Position numbers and translations under genes: made by a program | The notes under the pieces: model-generated | The model's input: the letters and a program-made list of their open reading frames with translations, nothing else | What the model was told of the DNA's origin: nothing | Database searches by the model: none | Shown: positions 14,493 through 27,481 of the stretch, in pieces | Numbering within the stretch: position 1 is the first letter of the stretch | Layout: the number at the start of each line of letters is the position of its first letter | Origin: Tubulanus polymorphus | Taxonomy: Eukaryota > Animalia > Nemertea | DNA: 64,000 bases | Direction of reading: 5' to 3' | NCBI RefSeq assembly: GCF_964204645.1 | Contig: NC_134027.1 | Location: forward strand, 22,282,560 to 22,346,559

Positions 14493-15662
14493 TCAGCGAT
14501 TCAACCCTACAGCTATCTATTTTGTTTCTACCAATATCACTTCCGTTTCGCCGTGGATGCTCTAAAATATTACCCAAATTGCGCATCCTGTTGATCACTT
14601 TGAAATCAGTGGCGTTGGAAGTAGGCCTACAGAGCGTCTGCAGCGACGAAAGCCGCGGCAATAAATCTACTGAATTACGTTCTTAATGAGTACCGTGTTT
14701 CTCAAGTGAATTCGCCGCGGCTATATATTAGAACCAGTTCAGAAAATCTTCACCGATGAATCATAAACAGATAGCAACCCGATCATGGATTTATTCACTC
14801 GCAGTTTTATTGAACTATCGAATTAGCCTAGTGGAATGCCGTTACATAATGTCATCAAGTACGAATACTGGATTAAGTCAAAGTATTTGATTTTCGAATC
14901 GCCACATTGAGCTTTGCCTGGCCTCATTTAAACTAGTCCTGACTGTGTGGAAAAGTGTTGCCAAGGTGCGATCCCGCTCGTCATAATTTCTGCAAGATGA
15001 CAAATCTTCTTGGATATGGTATCAATAAATAGAGGGCAGCACTCGTTCACATCCGGTAAAACGTCCGTGTCCGAATCGATATGACGTCACATGTCGGCAT
15101 TCGTGATGACTCGGTGTAAACTTGTGATAAAAGAGTAACTGAAAAAATCAAGGTTCGAAGTCATGTTTAACCCTAAATTTGGGATTCGAACCGCATTTGG
15201 TAAACGATGCACCTGCTAATTATAACGAGCCAGGGAGTCTTTCGAAAGGTAACATCTTGGAGGAACTACTGTTCCATTATCCGCGTTAACACACACATGA
15301 AGAACGTTTTGAATTTAGTCCGTTCCAATTTAGAACGGACCAATTAAGACCAAAAAGACTGACTCAGGTCAATAGAAACTTTGCTTTAATCGCCTGTCGG
15401 TCACAGTCTTGCGTCTAGCTGAACCATAGGCAACATCGAATTCAAAAACCTGGTTTCTAAACGTCCAACATTGATTTGGTCCGTTACAGGACATAGACCG
15501 AAATTAGAATAGATTAAATGAGTTGAATCTATCCATGGAATAGTGAAAAGTATTTCAGAAAAAAAAAATGTAATGCTGCAACCCTGAGACTAGTCCAAGC
15601 CATAATTTGCGGGGTCCTCTATATGAAATTTCACTGAATGGTGATTTCCACCGTCTCTTACC

Positions 15663-18600
15663 TTAACGTTTCTGGAAGTGTGTAGCAAAGCTAACCTCGC
15701 TGTAAGTAGCCTCCTCATTAGTTGTGGCCAGCGTTATTGGAGTAGTGTACATTTCGCTCATGCGTCGACCTGGATAAACGATAGGTGAAAACGGTAAAAA
15801 ATATTTTAGACCACATATAGATGTCTATTGATCCTGAAAACTTCAAAAATGTAGAATTATCGGGAAGACGATATCAATGTTGATAACTTCACCAGCGCGC
15901 ATTGTTGCACTAACTTTATAAATGAGCGATATCATAAAGAAGTTAATTATCAGCTAAGTTCCTCGATATTTTTACTTGGTTTCTATCTTAATCCAATCCA
16001 GAGGAGATATGAACGAAATGTTGGAATCTTCACGATGACGCAAAATGAATAAGGTCAAACTTAAAGCAGGCGCGGATCCAGGGGGTGCTTTAAGTGTTTG
16101 ACGAGATTTTACAATGAATGAGGCCCACTTCCGGGTTAGTCGGCGGTTCTAACGTTCGTAGCGCCGCCCTGGTGGGGAAAATTTTCAGCGGGTTCCTCAT
16201 CAGAGATTATCATTTGAGAACTTTTCATCTTTGGCTGATTTATTGTGAGATTTCGCTCGTACATTAAAGTCACACGATGCCCAAAAACAACAAACACGAG
16301 TAGCGTAGCTGTCCAAGGACACGGAATGCGATCATGCTATCATCCGATGATCATTGAGGTGTGCGCCGGGATTTTGAAAATTGATACGTACTTGGCGCCT
16401 GGGATGGTCGTTTGCGACGACGAACGACCAGGACGGCACAAATGACAACCACCAACACGACTAGCACACCACCTATCGGTAGAAATATCGTCATCCACGT
16501 GATTGCACTCATTTGGCCTAGGGTTGTTGGTTCTGAAATAATCAATCAAAATATTCAAGCTATCGCATATCGGCGCTAATGTTTCAGTTGATTAAGGCTC
16601 ACGACTCCTATTTTCCATCCAATAGATGTTCGTAACGTTTTAACAATGAATTCGAATGGCAATGAAGGTAGTGGGCGAGTGGCTGCCGCGCCGTTAAATT
16701 CAATTATTTCCAAAAAGGGGACAATTTTCTCCATATATTTACCATCAAATGGCAGTCAGCTGTGGCTTATTACTTCAGTTGAGCACTTGTTCGAGCTTGG
16801 CGGAAGTTTGATGCGCAATGGCGTCAAAGAAAGTCCCAGTGACTACGGGCTGTACGCATTCATTGTAGTCAGCCATCCAAGACCAATCCATGGTCATTTT
16901 TGGGCTTAAATGAAAGGTACCCCCCACCCTGAAACACCGGTCTGCCACTGAGATTTTTTTGAGATTCTTGGCCTATAGGGGGCGCTTAACATAGGGATAT
17001 TTGTTAAGAAGGAAAATCAGTCAGATTTATGGAAAATTTACTTTAAATGTTTTGATTATTTGCATGTCAGCACAGTATGCATTAATATAAATATATAATG
17101 CATGAATTTTCCTCTGTAAAATTCAGGCATCCAAGGTTCGGAATCATACATGTTGGTTGTTGATATGAAATATGCTGTTGAGCGATAAATGAAATATGCT
17201 GGCAACATCAATAGAAATAACCAATATAGCAAATATGGCAAAATAGCCCAAAAACTCAGTTCCGTCGCCTTGTAATTAGCTGAGCTCAGGGTCGGTTGCG
17301 CTCGAAAGCAACTGGCGGGATACGGTAAGATCTGGAGTAGAAAATGAGCAACTAGTGTAATAGGGCTTGTGACGAGTCTGTTGTCGTCGGGCTGAGTGTT
17401 GTAAGCCGGCTAATGTCGGGCGGATTTGACGGCAAAATGCGGCGTGCCGGCCGCTAGTTCCTTCTGGTTGCTGATATCTAGCCGGTATCCGTCGACTCGT
17501 AGCCCGACATGAGCTAGCTTTTACATCACGGGCCTTTCCATAGAGGCTGTACTTGTAGTCACATCTCGTCACAGCTGTGAGGCCGGAGGGAAGATGTTTA
17601 TTTCGCTTTAATCAACATCACACGAAGGGACGTTTTTATTTCACGATATCTTACGGCGGAAAGAGAAAATTCTATAAATGAGAATCACCAACCTGCAGTT
17701 GTAGAATCGGCTGTGGTTGTGGTCCGATTGTCGAATGTACCTGGGTAGGAAATGGAAAACATGTAGCACAAACTAACTTATCATTAATGAATAAAAACGA
17801 ACGCAAAGAGGTCATATTCCGTTATTTAGGCGTGCTTAAAGCCTGCCTTAAACCCTCTAATTTATTGAAAAACCTTACCAGTTACGCCATCTGTAGGACG
17901 TTCGGTAGTGCTATTCATACGCATGAAATAATCTTTGAAATCTATGCAAAAGTTTGATAATTCGTTACACATATATCTTGGTAGTTTTTTGTAGGCTATT
18001 TCCCACCATTTCAAACGAATGACAACATACCAGGTGGCGAAACAACCGGATTATGTAAGATTTGTACGTAACCGCTATACATCCATCGACCGTTACACGC
18101 GAATGTATAAGATACTTCAGTTCCGTTTATTTGTCGCCGGAGTATGACCTGTACAGAAATGAATAATACAGTTATGAATTCAACTGATGGTAGTTCAACG
18201 AAATTTTCCCCGTGGTCGATACATTCTCCTTCGATAAAGCCCACGCATATAACGCAGAGAAATATACGGAAACAAGCATGTTCCCGATATCATGTTTCTT
18301 GTTTCTCGTAAAGGTACGCGACACAGGAAAACGCTTGAAAAACATGTTTCTGTTTCCCCTTGTTGTGTGCGTTTAGCCCCTACGAGAAACGAAAAACCTG
18401 GTTTCGGGAACAACGTATCCGTGATCCGGATTGATTCCGTGTTTCTGTGATTCCCTGCATCGTGTGCGTTGGGTACACGACACAGGAAACGCTCGGAAAC
18501 ATGTTTTCATCTCCTGTTTTTTTTTCGGTTTTCCCCTGTTTCAATTCTGGACAGGGTGCTCTACAATAACCTTTTTCGGTATCCAGCCTTTATCGTGCGC

Positions 18601-19679
18601 GTAGTACGTCAATCTCAATTCTAACACGACGCGTTTAGGAGTTCTCATTTCCGCTTCCATCGTTACTACGGACGTCTTGTATCGCGAGAATTCATTATAA
18701 TACATCATCTTTTTCTGTCCCTTTTCCCCGAATATGTTGAGATAAATATCACCGGTGATTCCGCCATAATGCTCATGTCCAGTGATCACGATAACCGTCC
18801 ATTTCACTGAAATTCAATTGTTTCGTCAACAAAAAACTAATTATCATTGGGGCATCGGGTTTAAAAGATTAGGTATAATGTATCATAAACATTAATGTAT
18901 TTATTTCAAGCCACCGGTCGCTGGTCTCTTCAATCCAGGTCTCGAATCCTGGTGGCGACAGAGGTACTTGGTCGAACGTTCTTTGGCCTCTGCATACTAG
19001 ACGGGGAAAAGAAAAATCAAACCCGCTAATAATGCCCTGCGTACTTCGATTTCCGATTTCAAAATCAAACCCCCTGTTTCGCTCCCGGCAGGTGTGATGG
19101 GTTTTTATTGACGCCAAATCAAAAAATCGAACGAAATCTACCTAATCAAATGAATAACAGGGTCAATCCGGCCTAAGACAAAAAGATAATGCCCTGCGTG
19201 GCGCTCAAGTACACCACGGCACGAAACCCTATCCGAAGGGCCCAAATGCACATAATATAGTCGCACCACTGAGTCCTATTACTCAGATTGCCTGTTGGGT
19301 ATAGTAATTGCTTAAGCGATAGAAGTAGAATAACCCGGGCTAAAATGAAACGTGATTTCTGATCGTTGGCTGATATCAATCACATCACGGCAATACTGCG
19401 CAAGCATAGGCGCATCGAGTCTATTTGGGCTGGGGTTCGGGCAAAGTCTCCAGCAGCGATGATGGAAAAACTTTTTGCTACTCCCATCTCACGGCTGCAT
19501 ACTCGGTACTATGAGGTACTGCGTGGCACCGACAGGCTATAACGTATTTCCGTCAAATCCCGAAACGACTGCATCAGATTTAAATAGATTCGTTGTGTTT
19601 GTAAATGCAACTTACCGGGTTCGATACGTGCGGCAAAACTAAGCCAAATCAGTAGACCGATGTAAACTGATTTACCCAT
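15663..19679 (-). CDS. Type-I membrane protein with extracellular PLAT/LH2-like domain (258 aa; exons 19679-19616, 18806-18571, 18148-18031, 17941-17879, 17740-17693, 16532-16392, 15769-15663)
   Basis: Signal exon MGKSVYIGLLIWLSFAARIEP; PLAT-like KWTVIVITG...GGITGDIYLNIFGEKG...W..KKVIL...YTFACNGRW; two Thr-rich stalk exons; TM IFLPIGGVLVVLVVVICAVLVV followed by RRRKR; cytoplasmic tail with ATYSEV. The 777-nt frame is open with phase-consistent GT-AG introns. Confidence 0.78.
15808..16020 (+). repeat. Interspersed repeat shared with 44080-44345
   Basis: gaccacatatagatg.ctattgatcctgaaaacttcaaaaatgtaga...gaattatcgggaagacgatatcaatgtt. Confidence 0.75.
16563..16712 (+). repeat. ~150-bp interspersed repeat, near-identical copy at 20878-21027
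   Basis: cgcatatcggcgctaatgtttcagt...gccgcgccgttaaattcaattatttccaa, about 2 mismatches by eye. Confidence 0.85.
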
Positions 19680-20574
19680 TCTCCACCGTTCCACGCAGAC
19701 TAAACCCACTATGTCAGCAAATTCCTGATTGACAAAACTGGTTTTGAAATATTTCATTCACTTTATTACATACTTCCAAGATTCACTTTATTACATACTT
19801 CCTAGATTGCGAATAATACGTTTCAAAGGTAATATACATTGCATCAGTATATAGGATTAATAACGATTCGTAATGAATAGCAAATGAATGCAAAGTAGCG
19901 ATAACGGGTTTTCTGCGGCCTGGAACATTGTATTCCGTATACCGGTAATTATTGGACTTAAGGAAGAAAATATATCAACCGTTTCCAAATTCCGCATACT
20001 TGTCATTTTTTATTACTTTAGGAATAAATAGACCAATTATTTTCAAATGAATTCCGTTACTAAGTTGATCAAAAGCAAATGAGAACAAAATGCGACAAGA
20101 AAATTCGGGATTCGAACTCCCGATCGCGGGCCTTACGGCGATAATTGCTTAGTATGGGTTGTTGTATTTTTGTCTCCCTCTATTAAGGCTTTAAAATTGA
20201 TACCTTGAATCGATGTCTACGGCCGGCCGCCTATCTTCCTTTTTTGTTAAATCAGATCTAACCAGTACAGACCCGCAGCTATAGCTGATTACACATTCTA
20301 TGCAGCTATGGTTAGCCTGATCATGATTCTAAACAGTTATTGTCAGTGTTGATAGTATGCCCGGGAGAAAGGAGAAACAATGTATTGATTATATCGCCTA
20401 ATTTTCATTAAGCTTTGATGGTTCTCTTTTTTTCTGGATACACATACGGATATGTATGTTTTGTTTGTAATTGCGTATCATTTCTATTGCTTAGATGATG
20501 AGTGAACATTGTTATTCATTCTTAGAATTAGATTCTATCTCGTGTGTATCGTTGAAGAAAAAGCGTGACACATC

Positions 20575-23500
20575 TCAAATGGGTACTAATCGAAGAGCAT
20601 CACTGTAACAGCCTCCACACTGGGCCCGACATCTAACATTCATTATTTGCCGATTAGATGAGAATGTCGGCCCGATCATGTTCTTTCCACCATACCCGGT
20701 ATTTCGCCATCTTATCTGAAATTCAGAATATTTCCGACTTAGTTTGGTATCGAGACAGTATTGATTTCTTGACGTTACACAATAATGTTTTTATGCATTG
20801 CTAAGTACCAGTACCACTTATTCAGTTTCTAAGGGAAAGTGACTCTTCAAAATATGATAACAATTACAGTTGTAATGCGCATATCGGCGCTAATGTTTCA
20901 GTCGATTAAGGCTCACGACTCCTATTTTCCATCCAATAGATGTTCGTAACGTTTTAACAATGAATTCGAATGGCAATGAAGGTAGTGGGTGAGTGGCTGC
21001 CGCGCCGTTAAATTCAATTATTTCCAATAGTCGATACCACCAAAACGATGCGGCCAGCAAGATCTGGATTTTAGTCCAGTATTTTCCTGGATTGACCCTG
21101 TTAGTTATTTGATTGGTAAATTTCGTTTGATTTGTTTTGATTTTGATATTGTTCATAATTTTCTGAGTTATCCATCGTCGACAATACTGAGCAACATATA
21201 TACATATAACTTTTAATTAGTTTTCTTGTTTGAACACAATTTTGGAAAGTCGTGTTGTTCAAGTGCGTCACATTTGACGTGTAGCACTATTCGCATTTAG
21301 CTGTTTGCGCTAGACTATGATGCACTCAGACTTCACGTCAAAACCATATATCATCAAAGTCATCGAGAATGAGTAGGTCATACGTACGGTAACTAAATAC
21401 ATGTAAACGTATAGAATTCATGGATTAGATATGTAGCCCTCTGACTCGTAAACCCGCCCATTTCGAAAACTCTATGATACCATCACGCTTATCATCTAAA
21501 AAGGCCTTGGGTATATAATGCGCTTTGGTGAGTGCATCAATATGTATCAATCGAAACACAACGAGGCTTCGTATTGGTATTCTATCTAGTTACAACTGGC
21601 TCAAGTCTATTCATCGAAGTTAGTATTAGACATATTGTTGTAGCCTTTTTAGTGGAGATTCTGATGTAAGGTTTACTCAAAATACCGTCAAAAAACAAGT
21701 TAAAGGCCGGAGAACGCGATCGTGTAGCTGACTAGTGTTTTCTCTGCAACTGCAACACATCAAATCCTCATAACTTAACGTCCATTTGACCAGTCTCAGC
21801 TCTTAACGATAACCAACTTATCAACATCATTGCCATGTGAACGATTTCGGAATATTACACGTACGCCTTGTTTCAACCTGAATCCAGTACCAGTTAAGTC
21901 GATACGTGCTGCCCCCATGTGGTTATCTGAATAACTGCATGCCCTCGCGTCACCGTAAAGGACTCTTTCTTTGTCCGGGCCGCTGACAACATCCGCGTAG
22001 GTGAAATCGTCCTTGACGATGGTATAATCCTGAATCGAAGCGAATTAGAAAAGATTCAATCGATAACAATGACAACGAGAAACGCCAGTGGAAACAACTG
22101 TACGACTTGAATGTTAACATTGGCTGTCACATCTTCACATCTTCATCTGAGACATCCCTGATGTGATGAACTGATTTGATTCACTGGCGAGAATAATTGA
22201 ATCGAAATGGAATTATTTTTTCATAAGGTTATTGGGTGTCAACACCTCTACTGTGGCAATCGAGGATTCCACTTGTGGCAAGACAATATCCACGAGGTTT
22301 GTCAGTAGTCATACTCGGTTATTTGCGTTATCTTCACTCAAAAAACAATTAAGATAAAGTGTTCATGGTACGTAGGTATGCGGTGGCATGAAGATGAACA
22401 AATTAATGTCAAGGAATTTGCATCCAAGATGGCCAATGAGCTGACTGGCAGCCATCTTTGATTCTTTAAAATGTACATTTGGCCTATATCTGTGAATGTA
22501 TTTCATATAGATCATTGCTATTTTCAGTGATAGGTGCCATTACATACCAGTAAATAAATCCAGGAAGAAAGACACTCTAAATATTTGGATGGATATATGA
22601 AAGCTGTGGGTACTGGAGTGTGTAATGGGTAGTGTGTGTGATCTGTGTGCATTTGTGGCCAGCACACAGATCACATTGTTCAATGGGGTTTGGTCCAGGA
22701 CTCGCGAGATTTTCAACAACACAGAAGTAACGTGTAATAAATGATGACTTGAATTGCATGACTACCTACCACCCCTCATTATTGTTGGAAAACTAAATGT
22801 TCGGCACCCAATCGCAATTATAAAATAAAAATGAGATAGAACCTAAGTTAAAATTCTGGCCATTTCTAAAATATTATTACTAATTTTTAGTCAGGGTATA
22901 ATTTTTTTTAAACGGCCGTTAAGGCTTCATGTTTCGTCTGCAATTCACTGCAAATAGTTACGCAACTACGCATATTTCAGTGTTTTTGGCAGCTGTACAC
23001 TCAATCGGCACCGTTCGTGACTAGCTTCACTGCGGAATTATCATTAATTAACATCGCCATATCACATCATCAACTTATATTGTGCCTTAAAACCCTAACA
23101 GCCGAAATAATTGAAATGCACACACGATTTCTATCATTGAAAATTGAGAGAGTGGCCATGTTTGTGTTTGCTGCTTCGCGTAAATCCCGCGCGGTGGCGC
23201 AACCGCGCGGAGTGGGGCCGATACGTCTAGGCCACTAGGACCCGTTGACATCCAAGATGGCTTACTGTTAGAAACATTGATTATATTATCAAACAAATGT
23301 ACATTTTGGCCTTTAACCGGCAACGTTTTTAATATAGAGCAATGATATCATATGAATTAATTATTTTACAAGGAATAATTAATCCGATTTTTGTGGTAAC
23401 ATTATGAAAATTTCTTTTTTTCGTGTACGACAGCCTTGAAAACTAATCACCAGGGTCAAATATATGACTTAACCTGTGAAGCTAGCACATGGGTCGGATC

Positions 23501-26500
23501 CCTGAATTAATTCCCGCACAATCAGCATAGAACTAACTAACTATTCGAGGCGCCCGACGATGGATGTTGATCGTAATATGATATAATATTTCAACAATTT
23601 TTAAGACATCTTATTGTTTATTGTGATCGATCAGCTAAACGATACTACCGACAGTTGCGATTATTTCTAATCACGAATTTTCATTATTTACGCCCGAGTC
23701 ATTAGCTATGCAAAAATTCGAGTGCCAATGTTTGGTCTAATCTGGAGGGTACGGCAATTTGCGTTATTGGTGCACATATCCTAATTCGAATGAACAGATT
23801 AGTGGTTTATCGACAGTTGCGGTAAACTCTAATCACGAATTTGCATTATTTATGCCCGTGTCATTAGCTATGCAAGAAACAATGCGAGTGCCAATGTTTG
23901 GTCTAATCTGACAATTTGCGTTATAATTGGTGCACATATCCTAATTCGAATCAACAGATTAGTGGTTTCAAACTAAGACGGACTGAACACAGCCATAGAA
24001 TTCAGAATAGGTTAACGTGCGCACGATTCTGAAGTTGCTGGTATCGCCCAAGAAATTGCACCCTTGATTAAGCCTAGTTACATGGTAGGTCCAATAAAAA
24101 TGGCAATGGGAAACCATGACAAATTAAACTGCGGATATTCGGTAGGGTACCAGCATAAGTTTTGGTCATTCACCCGACGATGACCACGATGTTAGTCAAC
24201 AGCTGAAACGCTGTGGTTTCAGTTCAATGTATCTATCTATAGGGCTTTTTCACTTATCTACAACCATGTCTGTCGCAGACATGCCAATTTCGCCCGAGTT
24301 AAACGCAATAAGCGACTCGACATAAGCCACTAGGTTTCTAGATCCCCATTTTTGTCACTTCACCAGCGCCGATGGTTAGACCACATCGGTCAGCTAATAT
24401 CAACGAGTTGACATTTTCCTCGTATATAAATGCGATTACCTCGATAGTGAAAAGAACTCGCCGAAATTTCACGTCGCACCATTCGCCCCACACTCTGTAT
24501 ATACCATATTTCGCTGCCTGGCTGAAGTTGTTCGTCGGTCCGGCCGGAAGCGGAAGAAACTCTTTAGGCAATAATGACGTCATCCCGTGACAGAAAATAT
24601 CGAATTTTAGTTTGTAAGCGCTTTTGATCGGGTATAGAGCGTAAACTTTGTCTTCGGTATTGCCATTGATCAACACGTCGGTACAAGTGGCCGGACGAAT
24701 GCCTGTAAATGAAACAAAAAGGCTGCATATGCAACGTTTTCAAGCTTTCTATTTCGTTTTCTTGCTCACCTCTCCTAACCACAGCGGTCTCTTGCGAGCT
24801 ATTATCTTGATTTAGCCGAACGATGTGTCAGGGGAAAGGTTATTTTGTTTTTAGACGCCGTCGTTACTATCGGGTAAGGCCGAATAGCCATATCATTAAA
24901 GTCACGTGATGACCATAGACTGACAATACTTGCTATTTCAAAATCAACATTGATACGTTTGTTGTTTTTGGCGCCTCATAAGACGTTATAACATACTATA
25001 ACCATACCAAACGTTTCGAAGCCGTTACTACTGGAAGATTCCTAAGTGATCTTAATGGATCGATCGAGTTTACGAGTAGGCCTATATATTATACGGAAGC
25101 GATAAGGGGCCTCGAGTTGTCGCGTTCCAACTCGACAAGTCGCCATATTTATGTCGACATAACGCGATATATAGCGTCAAGTCGACATGAATATGTCGAC
25201 ATATCGTGATGTTTTCACGACAAATTTCGCTTTTTCGCCCATTTTCCACGGGACAAGCCGTCATTTGAAGACACGTCTAAATGTAAGATGAGGACGACTG
25301 AGTTTCAAGTCGTCGTGAATATGTCGACTTGTCGCGAGGAAAATGGTCATGAAAACGAAATATGTCGTCAAAACGTCACGATATGTCGACATATTCATGT
25401 CGACTTGACGCGATATATCGCGATATATCGACATAAATATGACGACTTGCCGAGTTGGAACGCGACATCTCGAGGCCCCTTATCGCTTCCGTAATATTAT
25501 GATGTATATTTATGAACGACTTACTGTATCGAAGGCAATCTCCATCAAGGTTCTGACACTGAAATGTGAAGAAAAAAGAACATACATCATCGTGTATAAA
25601 TGTATATTAATAATTCATATTCTCCTTTATTAAGTGTCGACATACTAGGTGCAAAATGCCAGGATAACCAATGAGTGAATTTTCTTACTAAATCGATGCT
25701 CTAATTTTTTCCAGGTAGCTGATACAGCGGAATGCACTAGTTTATTATCTAATCAGCTTCCGAGAAAAAAAATAAATTGTAAGCTACGGTTTTTTATGAT
25801 GATTGATAAAATGCTAAAATAAGTTGGTTGAATTTTCAAAGTGATTTAAATTTCAGTCATCGTAAAATTCATCGTAATTGACAAAACCGATGGCGCTTTT
25901 TGAAATATTTCATTTACTTATTTCATTTACTTTATTGCATACGTACTTCGTAGATTGTGAATATAACGTTCGTATAAATGATATGTGTGTTGAAAAAAAA
26001 TGCTAATTGTATGTTACGGTTTTTTATGATAATTGATAAAATAGTAAAATAAGTTGGTTGAATTTTCATCGAAATAAAAAACAAAATTGACGTTAGCGAA
26101 CTGAGTAACTACTAGACTGTTAGTCCTCACTTGCCACGAGCGGAATCCCTGATTGCCACAGTATATAGCGTTACCGGAACCCCATTGAAGATATTCTATT
26201 TGTTTTATACATCACCATCTCGACGTAAATGCGCCAATCGTAGACATTATAAAGAAATTCAATTGCGTAAAAGTATTTGCATAAGCATGCATGCGATAAC
26301 TAGCAAGACTCTTGACCAGTTTTTAAATCGAACATCGTATCGACCGACCATGGAGTTGCTTGTAAATATACGTGTAAATGAAACCGCAAATTTCAAGGTT
26401 GCCATCTCGCGTGCTATTTGACAATATGGAATGTACGCATAGTGAGTTTGAAACGCCGACGAACCTTAGGCGGTGACGTACGAAGATCCTACGATGGAAT

Positions 26501-27481
26501 TCACCGCCAGTAGACTCGAGCCATCATTATCAAGTTATCAAGTTATCGTCAAGTTGATAAGTCAACCCACTAATGATGGTGTTAGAAAGGACTGACTTAT
26601 TTTTATAAGACTCAAAAATTCGAAATAATAATCATACACGGAGTTCATCTTTCGGAGATCCCTCCCGCGCAAGGAGGGACGATTTTCAGAAGATGTTTAA
26701 ATTAAAACATTAGATTTGCTGCGTAGTTCGTTAGTACTGAATGACTTAAAATACAGTGACGATGAATTTAAGAAAAACTGTTTTTATTCTTTTTCATATT
26801 TATGGTAGGGTTTTCAATTTCAAGGTTTTCTTTTGTTTGCTCTTTCACATTCGTGCTACAAAATATATTTTACAAATGTACCTCTTGACAAACGTTACAA
26901 GTGAATTGACGCCATGTACATCATTTCTGCCATTTCTTCACGTATCAACGAATATGTAATGACACGGTGAAGGTCACTTAGAATTGACTTTTGTTTGTTT
27001 TAAACATTTTGGCAGGGTTTTGTTATCGTTTTGTATGCTATTTTTTTGCTAAATGTCAATTTAAATGAACATGCTCCAAATGCATTTATTATTATATAGG
27101 GCAGTTCTAGCCTAAACCAAGGGCTGAATGTAAGTCGTATTCAATCAAAACTTGTCTATGAAATCAGCTCTACTTCGTACCGACCTTGTATCTAAATGCT
27201 GTGCCATTTCTCTGCCTGAACGTCGGACCAGTTGGTAACTTGTCACTCAATTCGCAAACGCTGGAATCTCCGTGATAATTGAACGATTTGCATTTAGTAT
27301 CCAGTGAACACGCGGCGCTGCAACCGATCAAAGAGGCTGAATTCTTATCAATAGACAGATACGGTCTATCTATCGAGTAATCGTTTCCTCTTGTCGCTAC
27401 TTCAGCGAAATATACCGAGCCCGTTTCGAAACATTCGTAGATTTTCAGCAAAAATATAAAATATACAAATTTCAATTGCAT
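20575..27481 (-). CDS. Secreted PAN/Apple + GON domain protein, copy C (complete, 299 aa; exons 27481-27185, 25558-25525, 24702-24440, 22029-21865, 20715-20575)
   Basis: Hand-spliced CDS of 297+34+263+165+141=900 nt, open from ATG to TGA. Signal peptide, PAN domain, micro-exon CQNLDGDCLRY, GON domain ending RCRAQCGGC...LRLVPI, equivalent to the KCGGYCGKC end of ADAMTS9/20/GON-1. Confidence 0.88.
22702..22990 (+). repeat. Interspersed repeat shared with 39153-39450
   Basis: tcgcgagattttcaacaacac...cctaccacccctcattattgtt...ggcttcatgtttcgtctgca...gcaaatagttacg. Confidence 0.75.
23649..23967 (+). repeat. Tandem duplication, two ~160-bp units (intron of PAN-GON copy C)
   Basis: cgacagttgcg...gtcattagctatgc...gagtgccaatgtttggtctaatctg...ggtgcacatatcctaattcgaat.aacagattagtggttt occurs twice. 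Confidence 0.85.
25092..25493. mobile_element. Foldback MITE with long TIRs and TA ends (related partial copy 28219-28500)
   Basis: tacggaagcgataaggggcctcgag...ctcgaggccccttatcgcttccgta; arms >120 bp. Confidence 0.8.

Noticed and set aside
18869-19117. 82-aa ORF inside the PLAT gene intron
   Set aside because: Overlaps a repeat also present at ~2355-2485; no protein features.
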